Of a DNA stretch of 64,000 nucleotides, positions 1-8,761 are shown piece by piece. The position numbers and the translations under genes are program-made. The notes under the pieces were generated by a model. That model was given only the letters and a program-made list of their open reading frames with translations. It made no database searches and was not told where the DNA came from. How positions within the stretch are numbered: the stretch's first letter is position 1; each line of letters starts with the position of its first letter. Location of the stretch: positions 702-64,701 of IMG/VR virus record IMGVR_UViG_3300031576_000039; one strand, given 5' to 3'. The DNA comes from a virus (Duplodnaviria > Caudoviricetes).

Positions 1-176
1 CCGTCGATCGTGGTGAGGTTCTGGGTGGCGGACGAGGTCAGGCCGGTGAACGTCCGCTTGAGCGGAGTCATCATCGTCCCCAGGTTCGCCTTGCCGATCG
101 CGTCGGCGTGGCGATCGGGGTCCGCCTTGTCCAGGACTGCCTGCGTCGTGGTGACCTGCGTTGCGGTGACGGCCAT
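1..176 (-). CDS. Putative virion structural protein, runs off the window edge (MAVTATQVTTTQAVLDKADPDRHAD...)
   Basis: Translated by hand; ATG at 176 with GGAGG RBS upstream; open to position 1. Confidence 0.6.
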   Translation of the reverse strand, partial: MAVTATQVTTTQAVLDKADPDRHADAIGKANLGTMMTPLKRTFTGLTSSATQNLTTID

Positions 177-196
177 CGTGGTTTCCTCCCGTGCTG

Positions 197-580
197 CTAC
201 GCCTTCTGGCCGAGCAGCACTTTCACAGTCGTGTTTACGCCCGGTGTGCGTGTCAAGTCAATCGCGGTGACCGGAACCGACGCTGACTCCATCACGAAGA
301 AGTCCTCCACCGGCACGGCCTGGGTGGCGCCGTAGGCGCTCGTCAGGCGCGCGCGCACCGGCCCGCCCGACACGACCTTGAGGAGCACGAGATTGGCTAG
401 GGTGACGCCGCCGAACGCGACCGCCACCGGCGTGTCGACGGCGACGGCGACGTCGTCGTAGTGCTTCACCGAGAGCACCATGCCCTCGGCGACGGGTGCC
501 GTGATCGACGGGTCGGCCGACGCGACCCCGCTGGCCGGGGTCACCGTGTAGGCGCCGGACAGGTTGAAGACGTCGGCCAT
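197..580 (-). CDS. Putative virion structural protein, 127 aa, Val/Thr/Ala-rich beta type
   Basis: Coherent ORF with GC3 bias in the head-gene region. Confidence 0.6.
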   Translation of the reverse strand: MADVFNLSGAYTVTPASGVASADPSITAPVAEGMVLSVKHYDDVAVAVDTPVAVAFGGVTLANLVLLKVVSGGPVRARLTSAYGATQAVPVEDFFVMESASVPVTAIDLTRTPGVNTTVKVLLGQKA

Positions 581-586
581 CCCAGC

Positions 587-787
587 TCAGCGACCGCCGG
601 TGGCCATCGGCCCGAGGACGAAGGGCGACGGGTCCTTGCCCTTGGGCAGCTGCGTGGTGGGGAGCAGCGACTCCTCGTCACCGGTGCGAGGCACGTTCGC
701 CTCGTACGAGCCGTAGCCAGCGTCGTAGGCGTCCGTCGCGTCCTTGTAGGTCTCGGCCTGGCCGATGCTCTTGGGGTCGATGGGCAC
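587..787 (-). CDS. Small acidic protein, 66 aa, with YD..YG.YE and PSPFVLG motifs
   Basis: GAGGAG RBS; paralogous to 798-965. Confidence 0.65.
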   Translation of the reverse strand: MPIDPKSIGQAETYKDATDAYDAGYGSYEANVPRTGDEESLLPTTQLPKGKDPSPFVLGPMATGGR

Positions 788-797
788 AGTACCCTCC

Positions 798-965
798 TCA
801 GTAGGGGTTCTTCAGGTTGAACGGGGGTGGCTGGGTCCGCGGCGGGGTGCCGGGCGCGAGGCTCGGGGACTGCTCCTCGTACCTCCCGTAGTACGAGTCG
901 TACACCTCGGGGACGTCCTTCTGGGACTCCTGCCCCGCAGATCGGAACTCCTCGCTGTTCGGCAT
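798..965 (-). CDS. Small acidic protein, 55 aa (MPNSEEFRSAGQESQKDVPEVYDSYYGRYEEQ...PPPFNLKNPY), absent from the ORF track
   Basis: Hand translation; AGAGGAGG RBS upstream; fills the gap between neighbours. Confidence 0.65.
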   Translation of the reverse strand: MPNSEEFRSAGQESQKDVPEVYDSYYGRYEEQSPSLAPGTPPRTQPPPFNLKNPY

Positions 966-988
966 GTGCGGCACGGGTCCTCCTCTGG

Positions 989-1189
989 TCAGCCGAGCTT
1001 GAACGGCGTGGTCGGGTTGACGGGCATCCCCTCACCCCCGACGTTCTCCGCCTGCTCATCGTAGTGGGAATGGGGGAGGTTGGGCAGGAGCGGGTGCCCG
1101 CACTGCGGGCAGTGCTTGACGTCGGAGTCGAAGCCCGACGGGTCGGTCCCGATCTCGAGCGCGCGGGTGCGCGGCGTGCGCATGGGCAT
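989..1189 (-). CDS. Small protein with CxxC, ending PTTPFKLG
   Basis: AAGGAG RBS; tightly packed with neighbours. Confidence 0.6.
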   Translation of the reverse strand: MPMRTPRTRALEIGTDPSGFDSDVKHCPQCGHPLLPNLPHSHYDEQAENVGGEGMPVNPTTPFKLG

Positions 1190-1191
1190 GG

Positions 1192-1521
1192 TCAGCGCTC
1201 CTTGCGGGCCGAGGCGGGCAGCCCCGACCGGAACGGCGTGTGCTTGGCGGCGATGTGAGCGCCGTCCGCGCCCATCGCTGGTGCCACGGTCTTCGACAGC
1301 GATGCGAACGGCTCGCCCGGCGACTCGAACGATGCGCGGGAATCGAACCCCGGGATCTTCTCGAGGCCGAGGTCCCCCTTGTCCGCGCGCTCCGCGTGCT
1401 CCGGGGGCAGCGCGTAGTGCGACGCGGCGCCGTGGAAGTCGGCCTCGCGGTGCATGACGCCGGGACGCAGGAGCACCGGCTCGTCGATGGGGTGTCCCCT
1501 CCCCGTGGGTGCGCGTGCCAT
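1192..1521 (-). CDS. Hypothetical protein, about 109 aa
   Basis: ATG at 1521 lies 7 nt below a -10 box. Confidence 0.55.
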   Translation of the reverse strand: MARAPTGRGHPIDEPVLLRPGVMHREADFHGAASHYALPPEHAERADKGDLGLEKIPGFDSRASFESPGEPFASLSKTVAPAMGADGAHIAAKHTPFRSGLPASARKER

Positions 1522-1528
1522 GACGTGG

Positions 1529-1557
1529 ATCCTACAGGTGAGTGGGTGGCGGCGCAA
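1529..1557 (-). promoter_or_regulatory. Sigma70-type promoter TTGCGC-17-TAGGAT, probably leaderless
   Basis: Canonical spacing; ATG 7 nt after the -10 box. Confidence 0.5.
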
Positions 1558-1567
1558 GCACCCAGGA

Positions 1568-1774
1568 TCACCAGAACCAGTGACCGGCGAGCACGCCCAT
1601 GGTGAAACAGGAGATCATCACCAGCGGCCACCACCTGCGCGCGGTGCGCCGGATGACCTCGCTGTACGTGTCACCCTTGCGGTCGTTGAGGGCGAGGCCG
1701 AGGTCGATCGCGATCACGAGGACGATCACGGCGACCGTGACCACGACCCCGTAGGTGGGCGCGTCCTCGTGCAC
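1568..1774 (-). CDS. Small membrane protein with two TM segments, ending GHWFW
   Basis: Two hydrophobic segments. Confidence 0.6.
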   Translation of the reverse strand: MHEDAPTYGVVVTVAVIVLVIAIDLGLALNDRKGDTYSEVIRRTARRWWPLVMISCFTMGVLAGHWFW

Positions 1775-1775
1775 C

Positions 1776-2390
1776 TTAGCCCTCCAGCAGAGAGACGGAC
1801 ACGTACCGCACCTCGACGGAGGTGGCCCCTACGAGCTGGCCTTCGAGGCGGTACGTGCGCGAGCCGCTGCGCAGCGGCTGCGTGGTGGAGAACCCGAACT
1901 CGACCCAGGTACCGCCCGTGTCAGGCACGCTGAACGACCCGAGTACCACGGGGCCCAGCACGACGTCGTCCTCGACGAGCTGGAGCTGCGCGCCCGTCCC
2001 GGTGGCTCGCACTCCGCCAACGATGCGCGCAGCAGCACGCTTGAGGTTGGGCGTGAAGAAGCCGGGGTTCGCAACCACGCCACCGAGAGTCGACCAGAAC
2101 TCCGTGAGCGCGATGACGCCGTCGACGAGTTTGGAACTGACGTGGAACTTTGGCCCGCCCGCTCGCGGAGCGGACGGCGTGGTTGACAGCGGCCCCGCCC
2201 AGCGACCCCTTCGGATCAGGTCCTCCTCCACGACGCCCTGGATCTCAGCGTCCGTCTTGGTCGTCGAGAACGAGTACGTCTCTGGCACGGCCACACCGTC
2301 TACGGTGGCCGCGACCACGGAGAAGCTCTCGGTCGCGCCGGAGAACGGGTTGACCTCTGTGCGCTCCGTCCTCGTGATCACAACGGCCAT
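1776..2390 (-). CDS. Putative virion structural protein, 204 aa
   Basis: Coherent ORF; GGGAG RBS. Confidence 0.55.
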   Translation of the reverse strand: MAVVITRTERTEVNPFSGATESFSVVAATVDGVAVPETYSFSTTKTDAEIQGVVEEDLIRRGRWAGPLSTTPSAPRAGGPKFHVSSKLVDGVIALTEFWSTLGGVVANPGFFTPNLKRAAARIVGGVRATGTGAQLQLVEDDVVLGPVVLGSFSVPDTGGTWVEFGFSTTQPLRSGSRTYRLEGQLVGATSVEVRYVSVSLLEG

Positions 2391-2394
2391 CGTC

Positions 2395-2670
2395 TCACTC
2401 CCTCTCCGTCGCCTGCCACTCGACCTCGCAGTTCTGCGCGGCCTGGAAGCCTATCGTGAACCCGGCGTACAGGTTCCCGACCTTCGCGTACGCGGTGCGG
2501 AATGGGATGGTCGAGGTCGAGTTGAGGACAGTGAGCGTGAGTCGCGGTGCCTTGCTGAACAGCACCTGGTTGCCCGCTACGTCGAGGAACCTAGCCGTTC
2601 CTACCTTGGAGTAGTTGAACACGATGGTCCCCGAGATGACGTTGGCGTCGACGGCGAGGTGGCGCGGCAT
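2395..2670 (-). CDS. Putative virion structural protein, 91 aa (MPRHLAVDAN...)
   Basis: ATG overlaps the upstream TGA (TGATG). Confidence 0.55.
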   Translation of the reverse strand: MPRHLAVDANVISGTIVFNYSKVGTARFLDVAGNQVLFSKAPRLTLTVLNSTSTIPFRTAYAKVGNLYAGFTIGFQAAQNCEVEWQATERE

Positions 2671-3311
2671 CAGGTCACCACCACCACACTCGTCGAGAGG
2701 ATCCCGAGGTTGTCCACGGTGATCTGCCACTGGGTGCCGTTGGGCGACGTGAGCACGACGCGGTTCAGCTTCGCCTTGTCCGCCGCCGACATGAACCCGT
2801 CGACGGACGCGGTGGCGAGCAAGTGCTGGGTACCACCTCCGCGCTGCCCGTGCTGCGCGTCGGTCGCGAGCCTGCCGACCGCGACGCCAGCCCCGTCCGC
2901 GACGATCGACCCGTCGGCGGACGGCAGCACCGCGAGGGTGCCGCCGATCGGCGTCGTGAGCCCGGCACCCGCGCTCACCGTTGGCCCAGCTGGTCCCACC
3001 AGCCCCTGCGGACCGGCTTGTCCCGCAGCGCCCGTTGGGCCCGTGAGTCCCGGCACGCCCACGAGGTCGGCGCGCGGGAGGAAGACCACCAGTTGCGCCG
3101 CGGCGGACAGGTCGGTCGCCGCCGGGGTGGTCTCGCTCAGCTCGAGGATCTCGAGCGCAGCGCCGATCAGTGCCGCGCCGCCGAGCTTGAGGATGACGTT
3201 AGCAGCGGAGTCGGGTACCACCGCCCAGCCGCCGGCCGGCAGCGTGCCGGTGTACGGCGCAGGCATCTGGACCGCGGCGCCGAGCTTGTTCTTGACGAGG
3301 GTGGTGGGCAC
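2670..3311 (-). CDS. Fibre-like protein with a short Gly-X-Y collagen stretch and the shared N-terminal module
   Basis: GLTGPTGAAGQAGPQGLVGPAGP; GFMSAADKAKL fibre-type motif. Confidence 0.65.
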   Translation of the reverse strand: MPTTLVKNKLGAAVQMPAPYTGTLPAGGWAVVPDSAANVILKLGGAALIGAALEILELSETTPAATDLSAAAQLVVFLPRADLVGVPGLTGPTGAAGQAGPQGLVGPAGPTVSAGAGLTTPIGGTLAVLPSADGSIVADGAGVAVGRLATDAQHGQRGGGTQHLLATASVDGFMSAADKAKLNRVVLTSPNGTQWQITVDNLGILSTSVVVVT

Positions 3312-3326
3312 GAGAGGCGGGTCGGA

Positions 3327-3872
3327 TCAGACGAGCGGGACCACGTTGGTGAACGCGGTCTCGACGTAGGCGTTGAGATCCGGGTGGTACATCAGGGTGA
3401 TGTTGTCCCCTTGCGCGAGCACGCGCGTGGCGGCGCCGAGCTTGAGGCCACTGCCCGGCAGCGTGCCGCCGTCCTGTAGCGTGACCGTGAAGATCGCGCA
3501 GTTGATGAGGATGACCACCTGACTGTCCCTGCCGGCCGGGATGGTCGGCGTCGCGTTCAGCACCAGGTTCGAGGTCGGGTTGAGGTCGACGACCATCCCC
3601 TTCGCCTGGATCTGCTGCCCGGCGGAGGCGATGGTCTGCGGGCGTGACGCGCCGAGCGTGTACGCGTTCGCGTCCGCCTCGGCCTGCTGGCTGGCGAGTC
3701 CGGGACGAACGTCGAACAGGTCGACGACCGCGTCGACGCCGCCGAGGTTGGCGATCACGGCCGCCTCGTCGTCGGGCAGCGCCAGGGACCCGCCTCCGGG
3801 GATCACCCCTCGGTACGGCGGTGGGAGGGTCACGGGAAACGCGGTGATGTTGCGAACGATCGAGACGGCCAG
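3327..3872 (-). CDS. Putative virion protein with the shared N-terminal module; probable CTG start
   Basis: AAGGAGG RBS precedes CTG at 3872; N-terminus aligns with three paralogues. Confidence 0.6.
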   Translation of the reverse strand: MAVSIVRNITAFPVTLPPPYRGVIPGGGSLALPDDEAAVIANLGGVDAVVDLFDVRPGLASQQAEADANAYTLGASRPQTIASAGQQIQAKGMVVDLNPTSNLVLNATPTIPAGRDSQVVILINCAIFTVTLQDGGTLPGSGLKLGAATRVLAQGDNITLMYHPDLNAYVETAFTNVVPLV

Positions 3873-3888
3873 CTGCTCCTCCTTCTTC

Positions 3889-4173
3889 TCACACGTCCGT
3901 GGTCGCCTGCACCAGTGCAACGGGGACGCCCGCCGAACCGCGCAGCCACAACTTCTTCGCCTTCGACGGGACCACGTCGCCCACGTTCTTGTCCAGCGGT
4001 GCCGCGCTTGCCTCCACGCGCCCGTGGTCGTTCACGCCGTCGAACGAGTACAGGACGTCGTTGACGGCGTCGTCGTTCTTGATGTGCCAGCGGTCCGGGA
4101 CGAACGCGAGGCTCACCTGCGGCGTCGCGGGGTAGGAGGCACCCGTCGTGATCTCTGCGTAGAACGCCGGCAT
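3889..4173 (-). CDS. Putative virion structural protein, 94 aa
   Basis: AGGAGGAG RBS. Confidence 0.6.
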   Translation of the reverse strand: MPAFYAEITTGASYPATPQVSLAFVPDRWHIKNDDAVNDVLYSFDGVNDHGRVEASAAPLDKNVGDVVPSKAKKLWLRGSAGVPVALVQATTDV

Positions 4174-4182
4174 CAACTCCTC

Positions 4183-5772
4183 CTAGATTGCCCTCGTCGT
4201 GATCGCGCTCGTGTCGCCCGTCGGCGCCGTGGCAGACCCTTCGAGCATACGCGTGAAGTTGCCATTGAAGCCAACCGCCTCCTCGAAGGCACCCGCCCCG
4301 GTACCGAGCGCGACGGCGGCGCCGGTTTCCACACGCAGGGCTCCACCCGTGCCACCGATGGTCAGCAGGTCGCCGCCGTTGACCCGCACGCGCGACCCTC
4401 GACGCGCGCGGATCCCGACGTGGGTGTTCCGCGCGCCGCCAACGGCGACGCCCGACTGGAACAGGAGGGTGCTGCCCACGTCGACCGTGATCGCACCCTG
4501 GCCAGAGCTGAATCCGATCGAGTCGTACACGCTCACGTTCTTCTGGAACGAGTAGACCCCAGCGTAGAAGCCGGTGGACGGACTCGCGCTGCCGACGAGG
4601 ATCTGCGGCCACGCCCCACCGCCACCGGCGGCTGGAGATCCGCCCGTGATCGCGACGCTGGGCGTGGGGAACAAGACGGGCCCAAGCGAAGCTGGCTGCG
4701 CGCTCGACGTGCCGGCGAGGAACAACACCGTCCACAACGCGCAGTTGACAAAGCCGACCGCGTCGCCGTTGAAGAACACGCCGAACCCTACGGCGGTGCG
4801 ACCCTTGAACGTGCAGCGGTCGCAGGCGACACCGTGGGCGCGCGCCGTCCACATGTCCTCGAACGCGACCCGCTCGAACGTCATCCGGTCCGTGCCGCCG
4901 CTGTCCAGATCGACCGCGGTCCCGTAGCCGACCATGGTCATGATGCCGAAGTTCTCTCCACCGGACGGAGCGGTGAGGACCGCGGCGGGACGAACGATCC
5001 GCACCTCGTCGGTGGAGAGCAGGTTGCCGACGATCCCGACGGTGTCGACGAACACCGAGTCCCCGTCGTTCTCCGAGATCGGTAGCTCGTGGAACACCGC
5101 GGCGCCCGAGCGCCTCACGCGCACGAACGAACCGACGAGGTTGTTCGCTGTCCAGCCAGGCGATGGGCTGAAGTCGAGCCGCGTGCGCTGCCCCGTCGCG
5201 CTCGGAGCGCCCGCCTGGTCCACGCGCACAGCGGGCGTCACAGCGAGTGTGGGCGCGGACGCTCCGATCGATGCCGCGATGGGGAGCATGTCGGGGCCGC
5301 GGTACGCCCAGCTCGAGAAGACGGGCTCCTCGCCGCCCCCGAGCCAGACGGTGTCCTGGACGTACCTGGTCTCCCCGATCCCGGAGGAGGGGCCGGCGAG
5401 GTTCACGAGCACGCGTGCGTACTCGGTGAGCAGGATTGGGTAGCGCGCGCGCAGCGCCTGGAGGGTCCGCATCGGGCGCGTCGCCGCGCGACCGTCCGCC
5501 TGGTCGTCGCCGTGCTCCGCGTCGACGAACAGGTCCAGCGATCCACCTCGGAGCAAGACGGGTACCGGGATCGACGGCGCTGGCACGAGGCCACCCTGCT
5601 CGACCGCGCGGAGAGACAGGGCTCCGCGGATCGCCACAGCGCCGCCGAGCGCCGCTTCCACTGTCGCTGGCTCATCGCCCAGCACGACGCCCGCGCCGGG
5701 GGGCAGCACGCGCGAGTAGGGCGCTGGCAACGTGGCTGGCCCTGCGCTGATGTTCGTGACGAGGGTCGGCAT
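4183..5772 (-). CDS. Putative spike/fibre protein, 529 aa (shared N-module plus beta-helix-like region)
   Basis: FVDAEHGDDQADG...PMRTL motif typical of pectate-lyase-like beta-helix starts; Gly/Val-rich. Confidence 0.55.
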   Translation of the reverse strand: MPTLVTNISAGPATLPAPYSRVLPPGAGVVLGDEPATVEAALGGAVAIRGALSLRAVEQGGLVPAPSIPVPVLLRGGSLDLFVDAEHGDDQADGRAATRPMRTLQALRARYPILLTEYARVLVNLAGPSSGIGETRYVQDTVWLGGGEEPVFSSWAYRGPDMLPIAASIGASAPTLAVTPAVRVDQAGAPSATGQRTRLDFSPSPGWTANNLVGSFVRVRRSGAAVFHELPISENDGDSVFVDTVGIVGNLLSTDEVRIVRPAAVLTAPSGGENFGIMTMVGYGTAVDLDSGGTDRMTFERVAFEDMWTARAHGVACDRCTFKGRTAVGFGVFFNGDAVGFVNCALWTVLFLAGTSSAQPASLGPVLFPTPSVAITGGSPAAGGGGAWPQILVGSASPSTGFYAGVYSFQKNVSVYDSIGFSSGQGAITVDVGSTLLFQSGVAVGGARNTHVGIRARRGSRVRVNGGDLLTIGGTGGALRVETGAAVALGTGAGAFEEAVGFNGNFTRMLEGSATAPTGDTSAITTRAI

Positions 5773-5970
5773 CTACATGCCCTCCGCGAGCCGACCACCT
5801 CGGCCAAGGTACTCGCGCGCGATCACGTGGAGGAGATCCGGGCGCGAGCTGGCGGGATCGATCCCAGCCGCCACCTCGAGCCACAGCGCTGGGTCGAGCG
5901 CCCACGCAGGCGCGCTGCCCGGGTTCGGGGGCAGACGCTGGACCAGATCGAACGCTCGGCGGCTGACCAC
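5773..5970 (-). CDS. Small protein paralogous to the C-terminus of 5978-6373
   Basis: Shared P.W..D...W......DP....V.A..Y...GG pattern. Confidence 0.55.
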   Translation of the reverse strand: MVSRRAFDLVQRLPPNPGSAPAWALDPALWLEVAAGIDPASSRPDLLHVIAREYLGRGGRLAEGM

Positions 5971-5977
5971 GGGATCC

Positions 5978-6373
5978 CTACTTCACCTTGCCGCCCATGC
6001 GCTCGTAGACGTACGCGACGACGGCCCACGGCTCGTCGTAGTCCCCGCCGCGCCCCTCGGGATCCACCGCCTCCTTCGCGCGCTCCCAGGTGTCCTCGTC
6101 CGCGACCCAGACGGGCGGGTTGTCGTCGGGGTCGAAGTCGGCCATCAGCTTGTCGAGCCGCTTGTTCCGCTTGCCGTCCTTCATCGCCTTGGCGACCTCG
6201 TCGGCCATCTTCTCGTCGTCGGTGAGGTCTCCCCCGTCCTCGCCGCCGCCCTCGTCCTCGTCCTCCTCATGGTTCGGCCGCATCATTGGCTTGACCTTGG
6301 GGGGCGGGAACTTGGGCCGCTTGTTCTGCTTCTCCTCCACCATCGCGGCGAGCTTGTTCGGGTCGATGGGCAT
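5978..6373 (-). CDS. Highly charged 131-aa protein, possibly head-internal or scaffold-like
   Basis: AGGAGG RBS; acidic tracts; lies downstream of the head-morphogenesis gene. Confidence 0.65.
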   Translation of the reverse strand: MPIDPNKLAAMVEEKQNKRPKFPPPKVKPMMRPNHEEDEDEGGGEDGGDLTDDEKMADEVAKAMKDGKRNKRLDKLMADFDPDDNPPVWVADEDTWERAKEAVDPEGRGGDYDEPWAVVAYVYERMGGKVK

Positions 6374-6411
6374 CGCGGATCCTCCTGATCTACGACCTAT
6401 ACCACAAGCGC

Positions 6412-7082
6412 TCAGCGGATCGGCACCCGACGTCCGCCGAGGAACCTCCCGGTCAGCGGGTCGATCTCCCGCTCTGGGTAGTGCCTGCGCAGGTGGTCCG
6501 CGCGGGTCGGGATCAGCTCCAGGTTCTCGATCCGGTTGTCGGACCTGTCGCCGTTCACGTGGTGGACGTCCTCGGCGGGCAGCAGGTAGCGCCCCAGGTG
6601 CTGCTCCATGACGAGCCGGTGCTCACGGACGTAGCCAGACTTGTGGACGAACGGGTGGCCTGGTCTCAGCAAGTCGACGTAGCCGTCCGATCGAAGCTTG
6701 TACCCGACCTCCGGCTTGTCCGGCAGCGTCCGCTTCCTCCTCGCGCGTACCATGGCGAGGACAACCTGCTGGGTCGGGCCTTTGCCCCGCTTCGCGTCGG
6801 AGATCGATCTGGTCTCGACCCCGGCCTCCGCTAGCCAAGTGATCAACGTCGTCGCTGACACGCCCCAGGGTGCTTGAAGGATCTGCTGCCTTGCCTGGTT
6901 CCTCCCCTTCGGACCTCGATCCCGTGAAAGCGAAGCCATCGCAGCACAACCTTGGGCGCGACGCCGTAGCGCCTAGCAATCGCGTCGGACGACTCCACAG
7001 CGTACATGGCCACGAGGGCGCCATGAGGCGGAGGTTCATGCTTGGTTCCGTATTTACCACTCGCTTTCCTTGTACCAGGCAT
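6412..7082 (-). pseudogene. Free-standing HNH (HNH_3-type) homing endonuclease with N-terminal HTH repeats, split by a frameshift near 6870
   Basis: GYVREHRLVME...VHHVNGDRSDNRIENL; the two HTH-like repeats lie in different frames; lower GC. Confidence 0.7.
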
Positions 7083-7089
7083 GCACGAG

Positions 7090-8043
7090 TTATACACTAA
7101 CTCTGCGCCCACCGCGCCAAACCCACCCAGGTATTCCCCATTCTTTCCTAAAAGGTTGTAGCACGGCCCGATCGTTTGGACGGTTCGGCGGGTGCGACCA
7201 AGTCAGGCCGACGAGCGCGGGTGGCACTTGCGTCCGCCCCTTCGCGTCGGCGACCGGCGACGACGACGGCATGGTGAAGACGTCCCCAGCCGCCGTCACC
7301 TGCCCGTGCATCGCCAGGGAGTCGACGGCGACGCGGTCGTCGAGGGGGCGACCGGTCGCGTCGTCCACGTACTCCGACCACCGCATCATGAGTCCAGGCA
7401 GGGCCTCGGCAGACTCAGCAATTCCATCAGCGGTGGTGGCCCCGAAGGCCCAAGCAGTCTCGGTCCTCCCGATCCTCTCCGCCCGGTACCACTCCATGTC
7501 GTCCACCCGCATGACGCGGTCGATCGCGCTGCCGGTCGTCTCCCCGGTCGCGAGCGAGAGGGACAACTCCCTCTCCATCCTCCCGATCGTCTGCGCTCCG
7601 TAGCGGGCCATCGAGGTGGCGTGCATGCGCAGGAGCGAGGTGCGTCGGCGGTCGACCACGCCGCGGAACCTAGCCGCCTGCTCGATCGGCAGGGTCACGG
7701 TGGCGCCGCGGAACTGGCGCTCGAGCCTCGCGACGTCGCGCGTGAGCCCGCGCAGCGCGTCCACCTGCGCGTCCTGGCTCGCGTCCCCCAGGGTGCCGGC
7801 CATCGAGCGTGCCAGCCTCACCTTGCCCTCCTTCACCTGGGCGAGCAGCATGCGCTGCTGGTAGGCGGTCATCGTGTCGCCGGCGCGCCCGCGCGCCGCT
7901 GCCGCGAGCTTGCGCTCCAGCTCCGCGCCCGCCTCGTCGTAGAGGCGCTTGAGAGGAATCAGGGTGCGGCGCTCGGCCAGGCGCTCGAGACGCGCACGGT
8001 GCTCGCTCATCGCCTCGAGCACGGCGGCGGGCACGCGCGGCAC
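7090..8043 (-). CDS. Head morphogenesis protein (Mu gpF / SPP1 gp7 family)
   Basis: RAERIGRTETA and HPPNRPNDRAVL motifs. Confidence 0.8.
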   Translation of the reverse strand: MPRVPAAVLEAMSEHRARLERLAERRTLIPLKRLYDEAGAELERKLAAAARGRAGDTMTAYQQRMLLAQVKEGKVRLARSMAGTLGDASQDAQVDALRGLTRDVARLERQFRGATVTLPIEQAARFRGVVDRRRTSLLRMHATSMARYGAQTIGRMERELSLSLATGETTGSAIDRVMRVDDMEWYRAERIGRTETAWAFGATTADGIAESAEALPGLMMRWSEYVDDATGRPLDDRVAVDSLAMHGQVTAAGDVFTMPSSSPVADAKGRTQVPPALVGLTWSHPPNRPNDRAVLQPFRKEWGIPGWVWRGGRRVSV

Positions 8044-8045
8044 CC

Positions 8046-8204
8046 TTACCCGACCAGTAGCGGTGGATCCAGCGGGGGAGGCTCCACCGGGTCTGGCCCG
8101 TCGACGTTCTCGACGGTCCCGGAAGTCTCGTTCGGGGGATCCGGAGGATCGCGCCGCGTCTCCTCGGTCTCGGACTCGTTCGGTGTGCTGGTCTCGTCGG
8201 TCAT
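8046..8204 (-). CDS. Small acidic Pro-rich protein, 52 aa (MTDETSTPNESETEET...)
   Basis: Hand translation; AAGGAGG RBS; fills the gap. Confidence 0.45.
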   Translation of the reverse strand: MTDETSTPNESETEETRRDPPDPPNETSGTVENVDGPDPVEPPPLDPPLLVG

Positions 8205-8207
8205 CGT

Positions 8208-8579
8208 TCAACCCTCCTTGTCAGCCTCCCTACCCTCGTCGTGAATGGCGTCGTGGCAGGAGTCGCAGGTGACGACGATCCCTCTCGGGTCGTTCGTCTT
8301 CTCGCGGGCGGCCCACTTCGGCGACGCCTCCGCGAACGCCTTGTGGTGCAGACCCAGGTCCTCACGCCCGCCGCACCGCTTGCAGCGGAACCCGTCGCGT
8401 CGGAACACGCCGAGCGCGAGGGACGGCGGCAGCCCGCCCTTGCCATCGGATGCGAGAGTGGCGCCCTCGCGCCTCGCCTCCTGCCTGAGGTTGCGCAGGG
8501 CGACGCGCTCGCCAGGGGCCAGGCTGTCTCGCTGCGGGCGGTCCCGCATGCGCATGTACTTGCCCAACTGCTCGCTCAC
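8208..8579 (-). CDS. HNH endonuclease with CxxC pairs, packaging-associated type
   Basis: RRDGFRCKRCG...LGLHH...CDSCHDAIH. Confidence 0.75.
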   Translation of the reverse strand: MSEQLGKYMRMRDRPQRDSLAPGERVALRNLRQEARREGATLASDGKGGLPPSLALGVFRRDGFRCKRCGGREDLGLHHKAFAEASPKWAAREKTNDPRGIVVTCDSCHDAIHDEGREADKEG

Positions 8580-8761
8580 CGGGACACCAGGATCGTTCTC
8601 CGATCGCGGCAGCCCTCGCACCCGCCGGTAGTGGGGCGCCGGTAGCCAGCGCAGCTCGGGCACCAGACAAAGCCCCAGTTGGCTGGTTCGGCCGGGTCGG
8701 CGACGCAGCACGAGCAGTCCGTCAAGGGCCGGCCGCAGCGCGTGCACGCGGAACAGATCAT
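8576..8761 (-). CDS. Small Cys-rich Zn-binding protein
   Basis: Multiple CxxC; 4-nt overlaps with both neighbours. Confidence 0.5.
   Translation of the reverse strand: MICSACTRCGRPLTDCSCCVADPAEPANWGFVWCPSCAGYRRPTTGGCEGCRDRRTILVSR

Noticed and set aside
6412-7090. Group I intron around the HNH gene
   Set aside because: gpF has a complete C-terminus and stop codon; no room for or sign of intron core elements
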